The notes under the pieces: model-generated
What the model saw: the letters and a program-made list of their open reading frames with translations, nothing else
Told to the model about the DNA's origin: nothing
Database searches by the model: none
Program-made: the position numbers and the translations under genes
In this document: piece by piece, positions 20,880-30,665 of the stretch
Position numbering within the stretch: the first letter of the stretch is position 1
Layout of the letters: every line of letters starts with the position of its first letter
Origin: Dehalococcoidia bacterium
GTDB taxonomy: Bacteria > Chloroflexota > Dehalococcoidia > Lucifugimonadales > JAGWBF01
DNA: 64,000 bases
Reading direction: 5' to 3'
NCBI GenBank assembly: GCA_965197415.1
Contig: OZ240207.1
Location: forward strand, 2,790,491-2,854,490

Positions 20880-22081
20880 GGCTCCAACTCCATTACCTTG
20901 TAGATGGGAGGCTGGCGCCTCAGCCGAATCTCCAGGTGACGCATCATCTCACGGAGCTGCTCTTGCTTTCTGATTCCTGCAAATAGGCTCGCCTGCACGC
21001 CCGACTCCCCGGTCACTCCGGAAAGGGTCAGCCTCATGTCCTCCAGAGGCCCCGGTATGTCGGACGCTTCCAGGCCCGACTTGAGGACCGCCAGGGCCCT
21101 GCCCCGGTTGTTGACAGGGCTCTTGAATGTAAAGTTTCTCGTCCAGGTGGGTTTGTGGAGCACCTTGGACTCCATAGTGACGCCTCGCACATACCTGCCC
21201 CGCACCGCCGGATGGGCTAAGGTCCTTCCCAGCAGCATGTCCACCACGGGAACTATAGTGCGCAGAGTGACCGTTGGCGACGGGAAGGCCGCATATTCGC
21301 TGACCTCCTCTTCTTGTCCTACAGGTGTCAGCCAACTGGAGTCGATTCCGTTGGAGAGCTCCCACGCCGTCTTGCCCTCAAGACCGAACTGGGCCTGGAG
21401 AGACCCCACGGACAGGGCCGCCACCTGACCCATGGTCAGGAGACCGAAGCGGCGGAGCCTTGACTTGTTTTCCCAGCTCATCGGCAGAAAGTCCACCGGC
21501 AGGTCCTTCAGGAACTCCGCTGCGTCTTCAGGCGCTTTTGTAGCCCCGCCCGGCTGGCTCATGACAGCCGCCACGTAGGCGGTGAACTTGGACTCAGCCA
21601 ATCCAATCCGGGGGTGCAGCTCATCAGGGGCCGCTCTCAGCAAGGCCGAGATGGTCCCGGCCTCATCGCCGTAAACGGTCTCCAAGCCCTGGATGTCCAC
21701 GTAGGCGCAGTCGGGGTCGGACCTTTCCACCAGGGGGCTTCTTTGGAGCAATCCCGTCACCACGCCGTCAAAGACGTCCCGGTAATGCGCCTCGTCGGCC
21801 TCTATGAGGGCGGCGCCCTCGCAGCGGGACAGCGCTTCGGACAGAGGCATCCCAGCAAGGACTCCCACCGCTTCCGGGGACCTGTCCAGGACCACGGGGC
21901 CTCTCTCGGAGCGTGCAGTCACTATGACGGGCTTGCGGCGCAGGTCGGGACGCCGCCTCAACTCCTCCTTGACGGGGAGGTGGGTTATGATCATACAGGC
22001 TATGTTCGCTCTGCCGCCGGGAGGCCCAGTGCGGGACGTTCCGATGTGGGGTGCTGTTGACTCTAAGCCCATTCGTCTCAT
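20828..22081 (-). CDS. Y-family DNA polymerase-like protein, probably catalytically inactive (ImuB-like)
   Basis: SPEA..V.AGMPLSEALSRC, IGLAESKFTA; catalytic DxDxF and SIDE motifs replaced by IITHL and DPDC. Confidence 0.8.
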   Translation of the reverse strand: MRRMGLESTAPHIGTSRTGPPGGRANIACMIITHLPVKEELRRRPDLRRKPVIVTARSERGPVVLDRSPEAVGVLAGMPLSEALSRCEGAALIEADEAHYRDVFDGVVTGLLQRSPLVERSDPDCAYVDIQGLETVYGDEAGTISALLRAAPDELHPRIGLAESKFTAYVAAVMSQPGGATKAPEDAAEFLKDLPVDFLPMSWENKSRLRRFGLLTMGQVAALSVGSLQAQFGLEGKTAWELSNGIDSSWLTPVGQEEEVSEYAAFPSPTVTLRTIVPVVDMLLGRTLAHPAVRGRYVRGVTMESKVLHKPTWTRNFTFKSPVNNRGRALAVLKSGLEASDIPGPLEDMRLTLSGVTGESGVQASLFAGIRKQEQLREMMRHLEIRLRRQPPIYKVMELEPWSRIPERRSALVRFEP

Positions 22082-22117
22082 CCATATTGCTCCGGATATG
22101 ACATAATCCCATCGTAT

Positions 22118-22152
22118 CGCACAAATGTTCTATAGTCAACGAACAGATGTCA
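22118..22152. promoter_or_regulatory. Putative LexA (SOS) boxes overlapping the imuB-like promoter
   Basis: Minus-strand GAAC-ATTT-GTGC lies between TTGACT and TACGAT (17-bp spacer); second site GAAC-AGAT-GTCA at 22141-22152. Confidence 0.65.
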
Positions 22153-22216
22153 GCGCTGTCGACCCGGAAGCGAGACTAGGTTGACGTGAACCTTTCGTTA
22201 TGTATACTCTTTGGGC

Positions 22217-23245
22217 ATGTCGCTTCAGCAAGCAGTCTCTGGGACCCTCCCACAGACCCTGAGGCCCATGTTGGCCCGTCTTGCCCATAGCCCTTTCGAC
22301 TCTTCCGATCATCTCTTTGAACTCAAGTGGGACGGCATCCGGGCGTTGGCTCTTGTCCACAATGGCGCCCTGAAGCTGCTGGACCGCAACTCCCGCGACA
22401 TCACTCAACAGTTCTCTGAGCTTTCCAAGCTCCCCCGACAAATCAAAGGGGACGGCGTAATCCTGGACGGTGAGTTGGTGTGCCTCGATGACCGCGGACG
22501 CCCCAACTACCTGAGCATCGAGCGTCGCTTGGGACTGCCGACCGGCAGAGGGAGCCGCAGCAACCCCGTCCACTTCATCGCCTTTGACCTCCTTTACACC
22601 GGCTTTCAACCCGTCATGGGTCTGCCGCTGATTAGGCGCAAAGACTTGTTAAACGACCTGTTGGCGCCCAACGAGATCGCCCAGCAGTCCGACTACATCG
22701 AGAACGACGGCAAGTCCTTCTTCCACGCCACCTGCGAGCTAGGCCTCGAGGGCATTCTGGCCAAGGAGAAGTCCAGCCTATACCTTCCGGGAAGGCGCAG
22801 CCTAGACTGGCTCAAGGTGAAACGTGTAAGAGAGTCCGAGTTCGTAATCGGAGGGTACACGTTCGGCGGAGGGGCCTCTGCAGGCGGTGTACGCAAGGAC
22901 CAGCCTTTCGTGTCACTCCTACTGGGCCTCTATGATGAGGACGGGAGCTTTCGTTACGTCGGCCAGGTGTCCGAGGGAGTTCCTAAGCAGGCAGCCAAAG
23001 AGCTTTCGTCAACGCTCCAGGCCTCCCACATAGAGGACTGCCCCTTCCGCTCCATGCCAGCAATCCCCAAGTTCATCTTCTGGTGCCGCCCCGAACAGGT
23101 CTGCCAGGTGGAGTACGGGGAGTTCACCGAAGACGGAATTCTGGGCTACCCCATATTCAAGGCCCTGCGGGAAGACAAACAGGCCGGAGAATGCACCGTC
23201 GCAGACGCCCCTGGATGGCCCAGGTCCCTCTCCGCCATCCCCTGA
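22217..23245 (+). CDS. ATP-dependent DNA ligase (LigD/LigC-type ligase domain)
   Basis: ELKWDGIR (KxDG), LDGELV, FDLL, EGILAK, WLKVK, F..LREDK. Confidence 0.9.
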   Translation: MSLQQAVSGTLPQTLRPMLARLAHSPFDSSDHLFELKWDGIRALALVHNGALKLLDRNSRDITQQFSELSKLPRQIKGDGVILDGELVCLDDRGRPNYLSIERRLGLPTGRGSRSNPVHFIAFDLLYTGFQPVMGLPLIRRKDLLNDLLAPNEIAQQSDYIENDGKSFFHATCELGLEGILAKEKSSLYLPGRRSLDWLKVKRVRESEFVIGGYTFGGGASAGGVRKDQPFVSLLLGLYDEDGSFRYVGQVSEGVPKQAAKELSSTLQASHIEDCPFRSMPAIPKFIFWCRPEQVCQVEYGEFTEDGILGYPIFKALREDKQAGECTVADAPGWPRSLSAIP

Positions 23246-23372
23246 ACCCGCTCCGCAACGAAAGGCGGCGGCAGGTTCCGCGCGTCTAACTGCCCCGCCC
23301 CTATGCTATACTTGAACCCCTGGCAGGGCTGCGCCCTCGCCTGAAATTCCTGAAGAAACGCCGAATCGAGAC

Positions 23373-25130
23373 ATGCCTGAAATACACAGCCACCACCACA
23401 CGGAAGAGGAATTGGGCGACCTCAGATACCGCATGCGCCACTCGGCTGCTCACGTCATGGCCGACGCCGTTCTGGAACTGTTCCCGGAAGCCAAGGTGGG
23501 CATCGGCCCTCCCACCGACGACGGGTTCTACTACGACTTCCAGGTGGACCGCCCCTTCACTCCCGAGGACCTGGAGCGCATTGAGGCCATAATGCGGCAA
23601 CGCATAGAAGCGGACTACCCATTCTTGCGCCAGGCCCTGAGCCGTGAGGAAGCCAGGGACGTCTCCTCGGACCAACCCTTCAAACTGGAGCTCATAGACG
23701 AAATACCATCCGATGAGGAGCTGTCCGTGTACCGCCACGGGAGCTTCACCGACCTGTGCCAGGGGCCGCACGTAGAGTCCACCGGGCAAATATCCGCCTT
23801 CAAGCTCCTCTCGGTGGCCGGCGCATATTGGAGGGGTGACGAACACCGGCCTATGCTGCAGCGCATCTACGGCACGTCCTGGGAGTCACAGGAGGCGCTG
23901 GACAGCTACCTCACGATGCTGGAGGAGGCGGAACGGCGCGACCACCGCCGCTTGGGACGGGAGCTGGACCTCTTTCTCTTTGACCCCATCGCGCCAGCCA
24001 GCCCGTTCTTCCTGCCCAAAGGTACAATTGTCTACACCCAGTTGGTCAACTACGTCCGTGGGCTCTACCAGCGCTACGGCTACCAAGAGGTCATTACCCC
24101 GGAGATCTACTCCACCGAACTATGGAAGCGTTCCGGACACTATGACCATTATCTGGAGAACATGTTCCTCATACAAGCCGGAGAGCGGGAATACGGCGTA
24201 AAGCCGATGAATTGCCCTGCGCACGCGCTCATGTACTCCATCCAGTTGCATTCCTACCGCGACCTGCCGTTGCGCCTGGCCGACTTTGGACGGCTGCACC
24301 GCTTTGAGATGTCCGGCGCGACCCACGGACTCACCCGCGTCCGCACGTTCGCCCAGGACGACGCCCATATCTTCTGCACTCCGGACCAGATACTGATGGA
24401 AGTGCAGGCGTTCATCGCGATGCTCATGGAGTCGTACCGCACCTTTGGGTTTGCCGAGCCCAAGGTGGCAATGTCGTTGCGGCCCGAGAAGCGCGTGGGG
24501 TCCGATGAGATGTGGACCAGGGCCGAGGCTGCCTTGGAGGACGTTCTGCGCCAGAGCGGCCTCGACTTCGAGCCGAAGCCCGGCGAGGGCGCCTTCTACG
24601 GCCCTAAGATAGATTTCTTCGTCCCCGACGCCATCGGCCGCGAATGGCAGCTGGGCACCATTCAACTGGATTTCTCCCTGCCGGAGCGGTTCGACCTTGA
24701 GTATGTCGCAGAGGACGGCTCTCAGCAGCGGCCAGTCGTGTTGCACCGGGCGATGCTCGGCTCGATAGACCGATTTCTGGGCGTCCTCATCGAGCACTAC
24801 AGCGGCGCCTTCCCCCTGTGGCTGGCTCCGGTGCAAGCCGTGGTCATACCCATCGCCGACCGGCATGTTGAGTACGCCAACCAGGTTAAGGAAAGGCTTG
24901 ACGAAAGAGGGTTCAGGGTCAACGTAGACGCCCGCAGCGAACGCATGAACCTAAAGATTCGCAACGCCCAGACCCAGAAAGTCCCCTACATGCTGGTGGT
25001 GGGAGATAGGGAAGTAGAGAACGACTCCGCCTCCGTGCGCTTGAGAAGCGAAGAGAACCTGGGCGCGATGTCCCTGGACGACCTCCTGGCCAGGATGGAA
25101 GAAGAGGCCAGCCACAAGCGGGATTTCTAG
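23373..25130 (+). CDS. thrS: Threonine--tRNA ligase
   Basis: RHSAAHVMA, DLCQGPHV, KPMNCPAH, GAFYGPKID, HRAMLGS. Confidence 0.99.
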   Translation: MPEIHSHHHTEEELGDLRYRMRHSAAHVMADAVLELFPEAKVGIGPPTDDGFYYDFQVDRPFTPEDLERIEAIMRQRIEADYPFLRQALSREEARDVSSDQPFKLELIDEIPSDEELSVYRHGSFTDLCQGPHVESTGQISAFKLLSVAGAYWRGDEHRPMLQRIYGTSWESQEALDSYLTMLEEAERRDHRRLGRELDLFLFDPIAPASPFFLPKGTIVYTQLVNYVRGLYQRYGYQEVITPEIYSTELWKRSGHYDHYLENMFLIQAGEREYGVKPMNCPAHALMYSIQLHSYRDLPLRLADFGRLHRFEMSGATHGLTRVRTFAQDDAHIFCTPDQILMEVQAFIAMLMESYRTFGFAEPKVAMSLRPEKRVGSDEMWTRAEAALEDVLRQSGLDFEPKPGEGAFYGPKIDFFVPDAIGREWQLGTIQLDFSLPERFDLEYVAEDGSQQRPVVLHRAMLGSIDRFLGVLIEHYSGAFPLWLAPVQAVVIPIADRHVEYANQVKERLDERGFRVNVDARSERMNLKIRNAQTQKVPYMLVVGDREVENDSASVRLRSEENLGAMSLDDLLARMEEEASHKRDF

Positions 25131-25273
25131 CTTCCAACCCAGTGCTGTACCCGTCTCCTATGGCCCACACCGGCCTGCTTCTATAGAACGGGAGCGGTTA
25201 TTGGTCTATAATGTTCGGCGGCCCCATCCCGGCGCCTGTCCAGCGGAGAGGCGCTTTGAGTAGGAGCGTAACC

Positions 25274-25744
25274 ATGAGCGTAGAAGTCGGCCAGCCGGCT
25301 CCCCATTTCAAGCTGTATGACCAGGACCGCCAGGCCAGGGACCTGGGTGATTTCAAAGGCCAAAACGTGGTTCTGGCGTTTTTCCCAGGCGCCTTCACCG
25401 GTGTTTGCACCACTGAGATGTGCACCTTCAGAGACCGCCTGGAGCAGTTCAACTCCCTCAATGCCCAGGTGCTGGGCGTCAGCGTAGACCCGCCCTTTTC
25501 GCAAAAGGTGTTCGCCGACCAGAACAACCTCAACTTCCCCCTGCTCAGCGACTTCAACAGGGAAGCGGCCAACGCCTACGACGTACCCCTTCCGAACCTG
25601 GCAGGTCTGGAAGGATACGTTGCGTGTAAGAGGGCCGTTTTCGTCATCGACGGGAATGGAGTGGTCCAGTACACATGGGTTGGAGACTCTCCCGCCAACG
25701 AGCCCGACTACGACGAGGTCAGGCAGGCGGTCAGCAATCTCTAA
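25274..25744 (+). CDS. Peroxiredoxin (AhpC/TSA family), Cys form
   Basis: FFPGAFTGVCTTEMC, FPLLSDF, RAVFVID; AGGAG RBS. Confidence 0.93.
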   Translation: MSVEVGQPAPHFKLYDQDRQARDLGDFKGQNVVLAFFPGAFTGVCTTEMCTFRDRLEQFNSLNAQVLGVSVDPPFSQKVFADQNNLNFPLLSDFNREAANAYDVPLPNLAGLEGYVACKRAVFVIDGNGVVQYTWVGDSPANEPDYDEVRQAVSNL

Positions 25745-25771
25745 GTCAAGTCCAATGTTACGGAGGCCAGC

Positions 25772-26239
25772 ATGGCGGTCGAGGTAGGCCAGGCAGCGCC
25801 GGACTTCAGCCTTCCGGCCCACACAGGGGACACCATCAAGCTGAGCGACTACAAGGGAAGCAAGCTGGTGGTCCTCTCCTTCCACGTTTTCGACTTCACA
25901 GGCGGTTGAACCAACCAGGTCTCCTCGTTCAGGATGGCGAATCCCCTGTTCGAGGAGAAAGATGCCCAGGTGCTGGGCATTAGCTGCGACAGTCTTCCGG
26001 CCCACCGGGCCTTCTCTTCCAGTCTGGGGAACATCACCTATCCCCTGCTGTCAGACTTCCACCCTCACGGGGAGATGTGCAAGTCCTACGGGCTTTGGAA
26101 CGGTGAGAGGGGCGCCCCGCAGCGCGCTGTCATCATCGTTGACAAAGAAGGAATCGTCCGGTTCTTCCAGGAATACGAGGCGGGGACCCTTCCCGACCCC
26201 AGGGACATCCTGGCGGAAGTGGAAACGCTGGCGGGATAG
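25772..26239 (+). CDS. Peroxiredoxin (AhpE-like) selenoprotein, TGA at 25907-25909 read as Sec
   Basis: GGAGG-ATG, MAVEVGQAAPDF...DFTGG-U-TNQ in frame with ORF 25934..26239; TxxU replaces TxxC; strong hairpin after the TGA. Confidence 0.9.
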
Positions 26240-26276
26240 GGCCGCGAACTAAGAAACGTTGACGGCGGCAGTCTGG

Positions 26277-26774
26277 TCAGTCGGACTGCCGCTCCATGTA
26301 TTCTACCCAACTGCGATGGTAAGCCAGGGCTTCCCTGGTGTCATGCAGGCGTTCGGCGATTATGACGGCGATGTTGGACATCACCTGGTAGCCCATGGAA
26401 TGGTGGGAGTCCAGCGCCGCCCTGAGTTGCCCGGCGTCAATGGCGATGACTGTCGACGGTTCCACGGCTATGGCGGTCAAAGTGCTCAGGTAAGGCGGGA
26501 CCAGCGCCGACCAACCGAATGCTTCCCCGACTTCCACGCTGTGGACCGTAGTGGGACCGGTGCTGCTCCCGTCGGGCCTCTCCAGGTCCATCTGCAGCCC
26601 GACTCGGCCCGATTCCAGGACACAGAGGCGCTCCACAGGCTTGCCTTCGGTGAGTACGAATGAGTCGGGTTCCAGTTCCTTCCGAACGCACAGTTCCAAC
26701 AGGTCCTTCATATCGGGGGCTGACACGCCGCTGAAGAGTTTGGTCGTGCGAAGCGATTCTTCAATAGTGGGCAT
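26277..26774 (-). CDS. Cyclic nucleotide-binding domain protein
   Basis: LFSG, EG.P...L.VLESG.V, GEAFGWSALV; no C-terminal HTH. Confidence 0.85.
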   Translation of the reverse strand: MPTIEESLRTTKLFSGVSAPDMKDLLELCVRKELEPDSFVLTEGKPVERLCVLESGRVGLQMDLERPDGSSTGPTTVHSVEVGEAFGWSALVPPYLSTLTAIAVEPSTVIAIDAGQLRAALDSHHSMGYQVMSNIAVIIAERLHDTREALAYHRSWVEYMERQSD

Positions 26775-26918
26775 TATCTCTTCACCTGCCTGGACATCTA
26801 TGGTCTTATTATTAAACGTGGGACTGCCCAAGTCAAAACCTCTCCGACGGCCGCACCGCATTGGTGTGGCGGGAGGCCGATTGTGACTGGATAAGCCCTA
26901 AGCTACAATTGGGAGGTT

Positions 26919-27761
26919 ATGAGCGCCAGAGGCAAGTTCAGGAAGGGCGACCAGGCCCTGCTTATTGATCGCAAGGACAGACGGTACCTGCTGACGCTTG
27001 ACCACAACGGCGCTTTCCATAGCCATGCGGGTATCCTTGAACACAGGGACATCATCGGCAAAGAGCAGGGGATATGGCTTCGGACCAGCATGGGCCATAC
27101 GCTGCTGGCCGTAAAACCCACACTGTCTGACCAGACGATGCACATGCCCAGGGGCAGCCAGGTGATATATCCCAAAGACCAGGGGATCATTCTGATGATG
27201 GCCGACATCTTCCCCGGCGCCGTGGTCGTGGAGGCGGGCATTGGCTCCGGTGCCCTGACTTCAGCCATGCTGAGGGCAGTCGGCCCCAGGGGCCGGGTGG
27301 TCACCTACGAAGTCCGGGAAGACATGGTAAAGGGGGCCCTAAAGAACGTTCAGTTGATGGCGCCGAACCCGTCACGGCACACGTTGAAAATGGGAGACAT
27401 TTACGAGGGCATCAAGGAGACGGGAGTGGACAGGGTGGTCCTGGACGTGCCCGAACCGTGGCGTGCTGTGGCCAACGCCGCGTCCGCTCTGGCGGCGGGC
27501 GGAATCCTGTTGTGTTTCCTGCCCACCGTTCTCCAGGTGCATCGCCTCTGTGAGGAGCTAGCCAACGACGCCCGGTTCCAACTGGTGGAGACTGTGGAGA
27601 CCTTGATGAGGCCGTGGAACGTGTCAGGCCGCAGTGTCAGGCCGGCCCATCGAATGGTGGCCCACTCCGGCTTCATCACCACCGCCCGCCTGTGTTCTCT
27701 AAAGCAGACCCGCCCAGCCGCCGTCGACGCCGAAACGGCCGGCACTGGAGAGGAGGAATAG
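26919..27761 (+). CDS. trmI: tRNA (adenine(58)-N1)-methyltransferase
   Basis: MPRGSQVIYPKD, VEAGIGSGALT, LDVPEPW, VRPAHRMVAHSGF. Confidence 0.93.
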   Translation: MSARGKFRKGDQALLIDRKDRRYLLTLDHNGAFHSHAGILEHRDIIGKEQGIWLRTSMGHTLLAVKPTLSDQTMHMPRGSQVIYPKDQGIILMMADIFPGAVVVEAGIGSGALTSAMLRAVGPRGRVVTYEVREDMVKGALKNVQLMAPNPSRHTLKMGDIYEGIKETGVDRVVLDVPEPWRAVANAASALAAGGILLCFLPTVLQVHRLCEELANDARFQLVETVETLMRPWNVSGRSVRPAHRMVAHSGFITTARLCSLKQTRPAAVDAETAGTGEEE

Positions 27762-27763
27762 AC

Positions 27764-28336
27764 ATGACCGACATCAGTCGAGAGCAGACCCTTGGACTGC
27801 TGGAAGAGTTTGTAAAGACGGATACTCTAATGAAGCACTTGCTGGGCGTGGAAGCTGCAATGAAAGCCTATGCAAGGAAGTATGGAGAGAATGAGGACCG
27901 GTGGGGCCTTGCGGGGCTGCTCCACGATTTCGATTGGGAGTCGGTCCCCACCCCGGAAGAGCACCCGTCCTACGGCGCCCGCATCCTGGAGGAGAGAGGA
28001 TACCCGGACGACATAATCCGGGCCGTCCTCTCCCACGGCGACCATACAGGAGTCAAGCGTGAGTCTCTTATGGAACACGCCGTGTTCGCAGTCGACGAAT
28101 TGTCCGGCTTTATCCGGGCTGTAGCCCTGGTCAGGCCCAGCAAGAGCCTGGACGACGTCACGCCAAAGTCGGTGCGCAAGAAGATGAAGGACAAGGCTTT
28201 CGCCCGGGACGTGAACCGGGACGACATCCTGATGGGGGCCGAAGAGCTTGGTGTTGACCTGGACGAACACATATCGTTTGTGACAGACGCCCTCAAACCC
28301 GTGGCGCCGGAGCTGGGGTTGAACGCCAGCGGCTAG
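27764..28336 (+). CDS. HD-domain (HDIG) metal-dependent phosphohydrolase
   Basis: KHLLGVE, GLLHDFD, AVDELSGF, KKMKDKAFAR. Confidence 0.88.
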   Translation: MTDISREQTLGLLEEFVKTDTLMKHLLGVEAAMKAYARKYGENEDRWGLAGLLHDFDWESVPTPEEHPSYGARILEERGYPDDIIRAVLSHGDHTGVKRESLMEHAVFAVDELSGFIRAVALVRPSKSLDDVTPKSVRKKMKDKAFARDVNRDDILMGAEELGVDLDEHISFVTDALKPVAPELGLNASG

Positions 28337-28465
28337 TTTGGCGTTGGGGTAGCCAGCGGAACGACATTATGGGGACCGGATGCCCCGGCCTCGCCCCAAA
28401 TGCTTCCTCCGGGATACATGTCCCGCAGCGGCTTAGGGTGGCGAGCACCGAAGAATTTAGGACGA

Positions 28466-29161
28466 CTACGTAAGGGACTCTAGCCGCGTAACCCACGCGT
28501 CGAATCTTGGGCATTCACTGCGAATATTCGCCAAGCCGATTTCCACGGTCAGCAACGGCCCGTCGACAGGCTTTTGGTACTTTGGGAACATTTCTTTGAT
28601 TCGTTTGCTCGGTGCAGTATTGCTGCTGTCATTGATATCCTCTGGAGTCGGAAACTCGTCACGAATCTGCTGCAACAACGCTACTGAGCGGTGCGATGCG
28701 TCAATCAAGTTCTCGAAAACGTTTACGTTCGAAAACAGCAGGCCCTCGAATTCGTGCTTTTGGACATAAGGAATCACTTTCCCTGGATCCCAGTTACGAT
28801 GGATTCTCGATTCGATTTCCTGATTTAGATGTCCCTCCAACTCCTCAACCGTGCTGTCCCCCTTACCTCTGAATCCATAGAAATCCACCAGGGAAGTAAC
28901 GGCATCAAAAGAATTGTACAAATGGACCATGTCCTCTACGACACGCTTCACACTCACGTCGCCCCCACCAACGCCCGTGCGGGCACTCCCGATTAGGATG
29001 GGAATCGGCTCGATTTCCATCGACCGGAGGTGGTCCAGGAGGACAGATTTAACGAACTCCTCCTCCGTCCTACCTTCGACTGATATTGCAAGGCGGATCA
29101 GGGGCGACCGCCCAGAAGGTTTTTTTGCCACATTTCGCCTGTCGAATATTCGTCGAGCCAT
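28466..29161 (-). CDS. DUF4276 family (TOPRIM-like) protein
   Basis: ISVEGRTEEEF, LVDFYG, HEFEGLLFS, PEDIND..TAPSKRI, CPRFDAW; start uncertain. Confidence 0.85.
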   Translation of the reverse strand: MARRIFDRRNVAKKPSGRSPLIRLAISVEGRTEEEFVKSVLLDHLRSMEIEPIPILIGSARTGVGGGDVSVKRVVEDMVHLYNSFDAVTSLVDFYGFRGKGDSTVEELEGHLNQEIESRIHRNWDPGKVIPYVQKHEFEGLLFSNVNVFENLIDASHRSVALLQQIRDEFPTPEDINDSSNTAPSKRIKEMFPKYQKPVDGPLLTVEIGLANIRSECPRFDAWVTRLESLT

Positions 29162-30240
29162 TCCCGGTAGTTGTCTTCGTCGAGACGGCGAACCTGGGTC
29201 ATGCCGTCCCTCAAGTCCAACACAAAGATCTCATCAAGGCTGAAAGCGTCTACTAGAAGCGGCGACTGTGTCGCGACGATTATCTGCCTTTCCGCAGCTA
29301 GAGACTTTATCATGCCTCCAACGAGACCAATGGCCGCCGGATGCAGCCCGAGCTCGGGCTCATCCAACAGGAGCACGTGGGGAAGCATCTCGGAAGGGAG
29401 GTTTAGCAATGTCACCAAGGCGAAGAACCTCAATGACCCGTCGGACGTGAGGTGTCCACCAATGGTCTTGTCCGAGTCCTTGGGCTTCCATCGTAATAAG
29501 ACTTTACCGTAGCTCTCCTCAATAGTGAAACGGTCAAACACTGGCAATATACGACCGATGTGGCGGCAGATTAGGTCGAATCTTCTTATGTCCTCTCGTT
29601 CCAACCGATAGAGCACGGCCGCTAGATTGCCCCCGTGGGAGCGTAGCTGACCGTTCTCCAATACATCCCAACTTGTCTTGAAGCTCGAACCGGCGGATGT
29701 GTCATGAAATTGATACACGGAGCAGCTGCGAAGCAAGTTGACAATCACCGAAGCGGTGGTTGGGTTAACGTCCGGCAATCCTCCCGATTGGGCTGCCTCT
29801 ACTATCATGGCCTCTCTGTGCCCACTACCCAAGTATTGCCAACTGGCTGCCGTCGGGAAACCAGAGCTATTGAATCGGAAACTCTCCTCACTGAAGAAGA
29901 ACCGGTCAGGATAGGCGTGGGAGAGTGCGAAATGGTAATCGTTCAGGCCCCTATCGGTGCGCAGAGAAATCTCGGCATTGATACGAGGCGTGCGACTGTT
30001 GCCGCCAAAAAGCTGATCATCAGCTCCTCCGTGCCTTTCGACGAACTCACCAAGCCTTCGAGACCGTATCATCCAACTCAACATCTCGAAGAACCGTATA
30101 AAATTAGACTTCCCGGAGCCATTGGGTCCGATCAACACAGTTGCGCCCGGCAACCCGGACACCTTGAAGTCCGCCAGAGACCGGAAACCGCGAATATGTA
30201 CGGATTCAATCCTTGTTAGGTTGGTTGAGATTAGCGTCAT
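29098..30240 (-). CDS. ABC-type (AAA_21) ATPase
   Basis: GFRSL, GPNGSGKSN, SDGSLRF, LLDEPELGLHP, ATQSP, GEMWQKNLLGGRP. Confidence 0.92.
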   Translation of the reverse strand: MTLISTNLTRIESVHIRGFRSLADFKVSGLPGATVLIGPNGSGKSNFIRFFEMLSWMIRSRRLGEFVERHGGADDQLFGGNSRTPRINAEISLRTDRGLNDYHFALSHAYPDRFFFSEESFRFNSSGFPTAASWQYLGSGHREAMIVEAAQSGGLPDVNPTTASVIVNLLRSCSVYQFHDTSAGSSFKTSWDVLENGQLRSHGGNLAAVLYRLEREDIRRFDLICRHIGRILPVFDRFTIEESYGKVLLRWKPKDSDKTIGGHLTSDGSLRFFALVTLLNLPSEMLPHVLLLDEPELGLHPAAIGLVGGMIKSLAAERQIIVATQSPLLVDAFSLDEIFVLDLRDGMTQVRRLDEDNYREWLDEYSTGEMWQKNLLGGRP

Positions 30241-30453
30241 CAGGTGTTGTCCTTCGGGACTGTTGATAAGGTTAGGGCACAGAACCATAAGACCGACTGA
30301 GTAACCGTCGATCCTCGCTGATCTCTATCTCTAGTCGGTCGCATGTTACCACTAGCAAAACCGACTCTCCCATTCGGCGTCTATCATGGCCTTCCCATAG
30401 TGATTACCGCCAAATTATAGCACTATTGGTCACGACGCCCGCCGCAACCCGCG

Positions 30454-30483
30454 TTGACAGCAACTATTTGGCCCATATATAAT
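30454..30483 (+). promoter_or_regulatory. Sigma70-type promoter of thiamine operon
   Basis: TTGACA-18 bp-TATAAT directly upstream of the riboswitch. Confidence 0.7.
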
Positions 30484-30507
30484 CGGCGTCAAATCGAATC
30501 GACCTAG

Positions 30508-30606
30508 GCCGTAGGGGAGCTTGGAATTGCCAGGCTGAGAGGGCGACCGAGAATGCCGCCGACCCTTGCGAACCTGATCTGGGTAATGCCAGCGTAGGGA
30601 ATTGGC
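30508..30606 (+). ncRNA. TPP riboswitch
   Basis: GGGGAGC..GGCTGAGA..GACCC..GAACCTGATCTGGGTAATGCCAGCGTAGGGA hallmarks; downstream hairpin 30628-30660 covers the RBS region. Confidence 0.96.
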
Positions 30607-30665
30607 GCACCGCTTTTCCAGGTATTGTCAGGCCGCCGTTCCTTAAAGAAGGTGGCCTGATTCTT

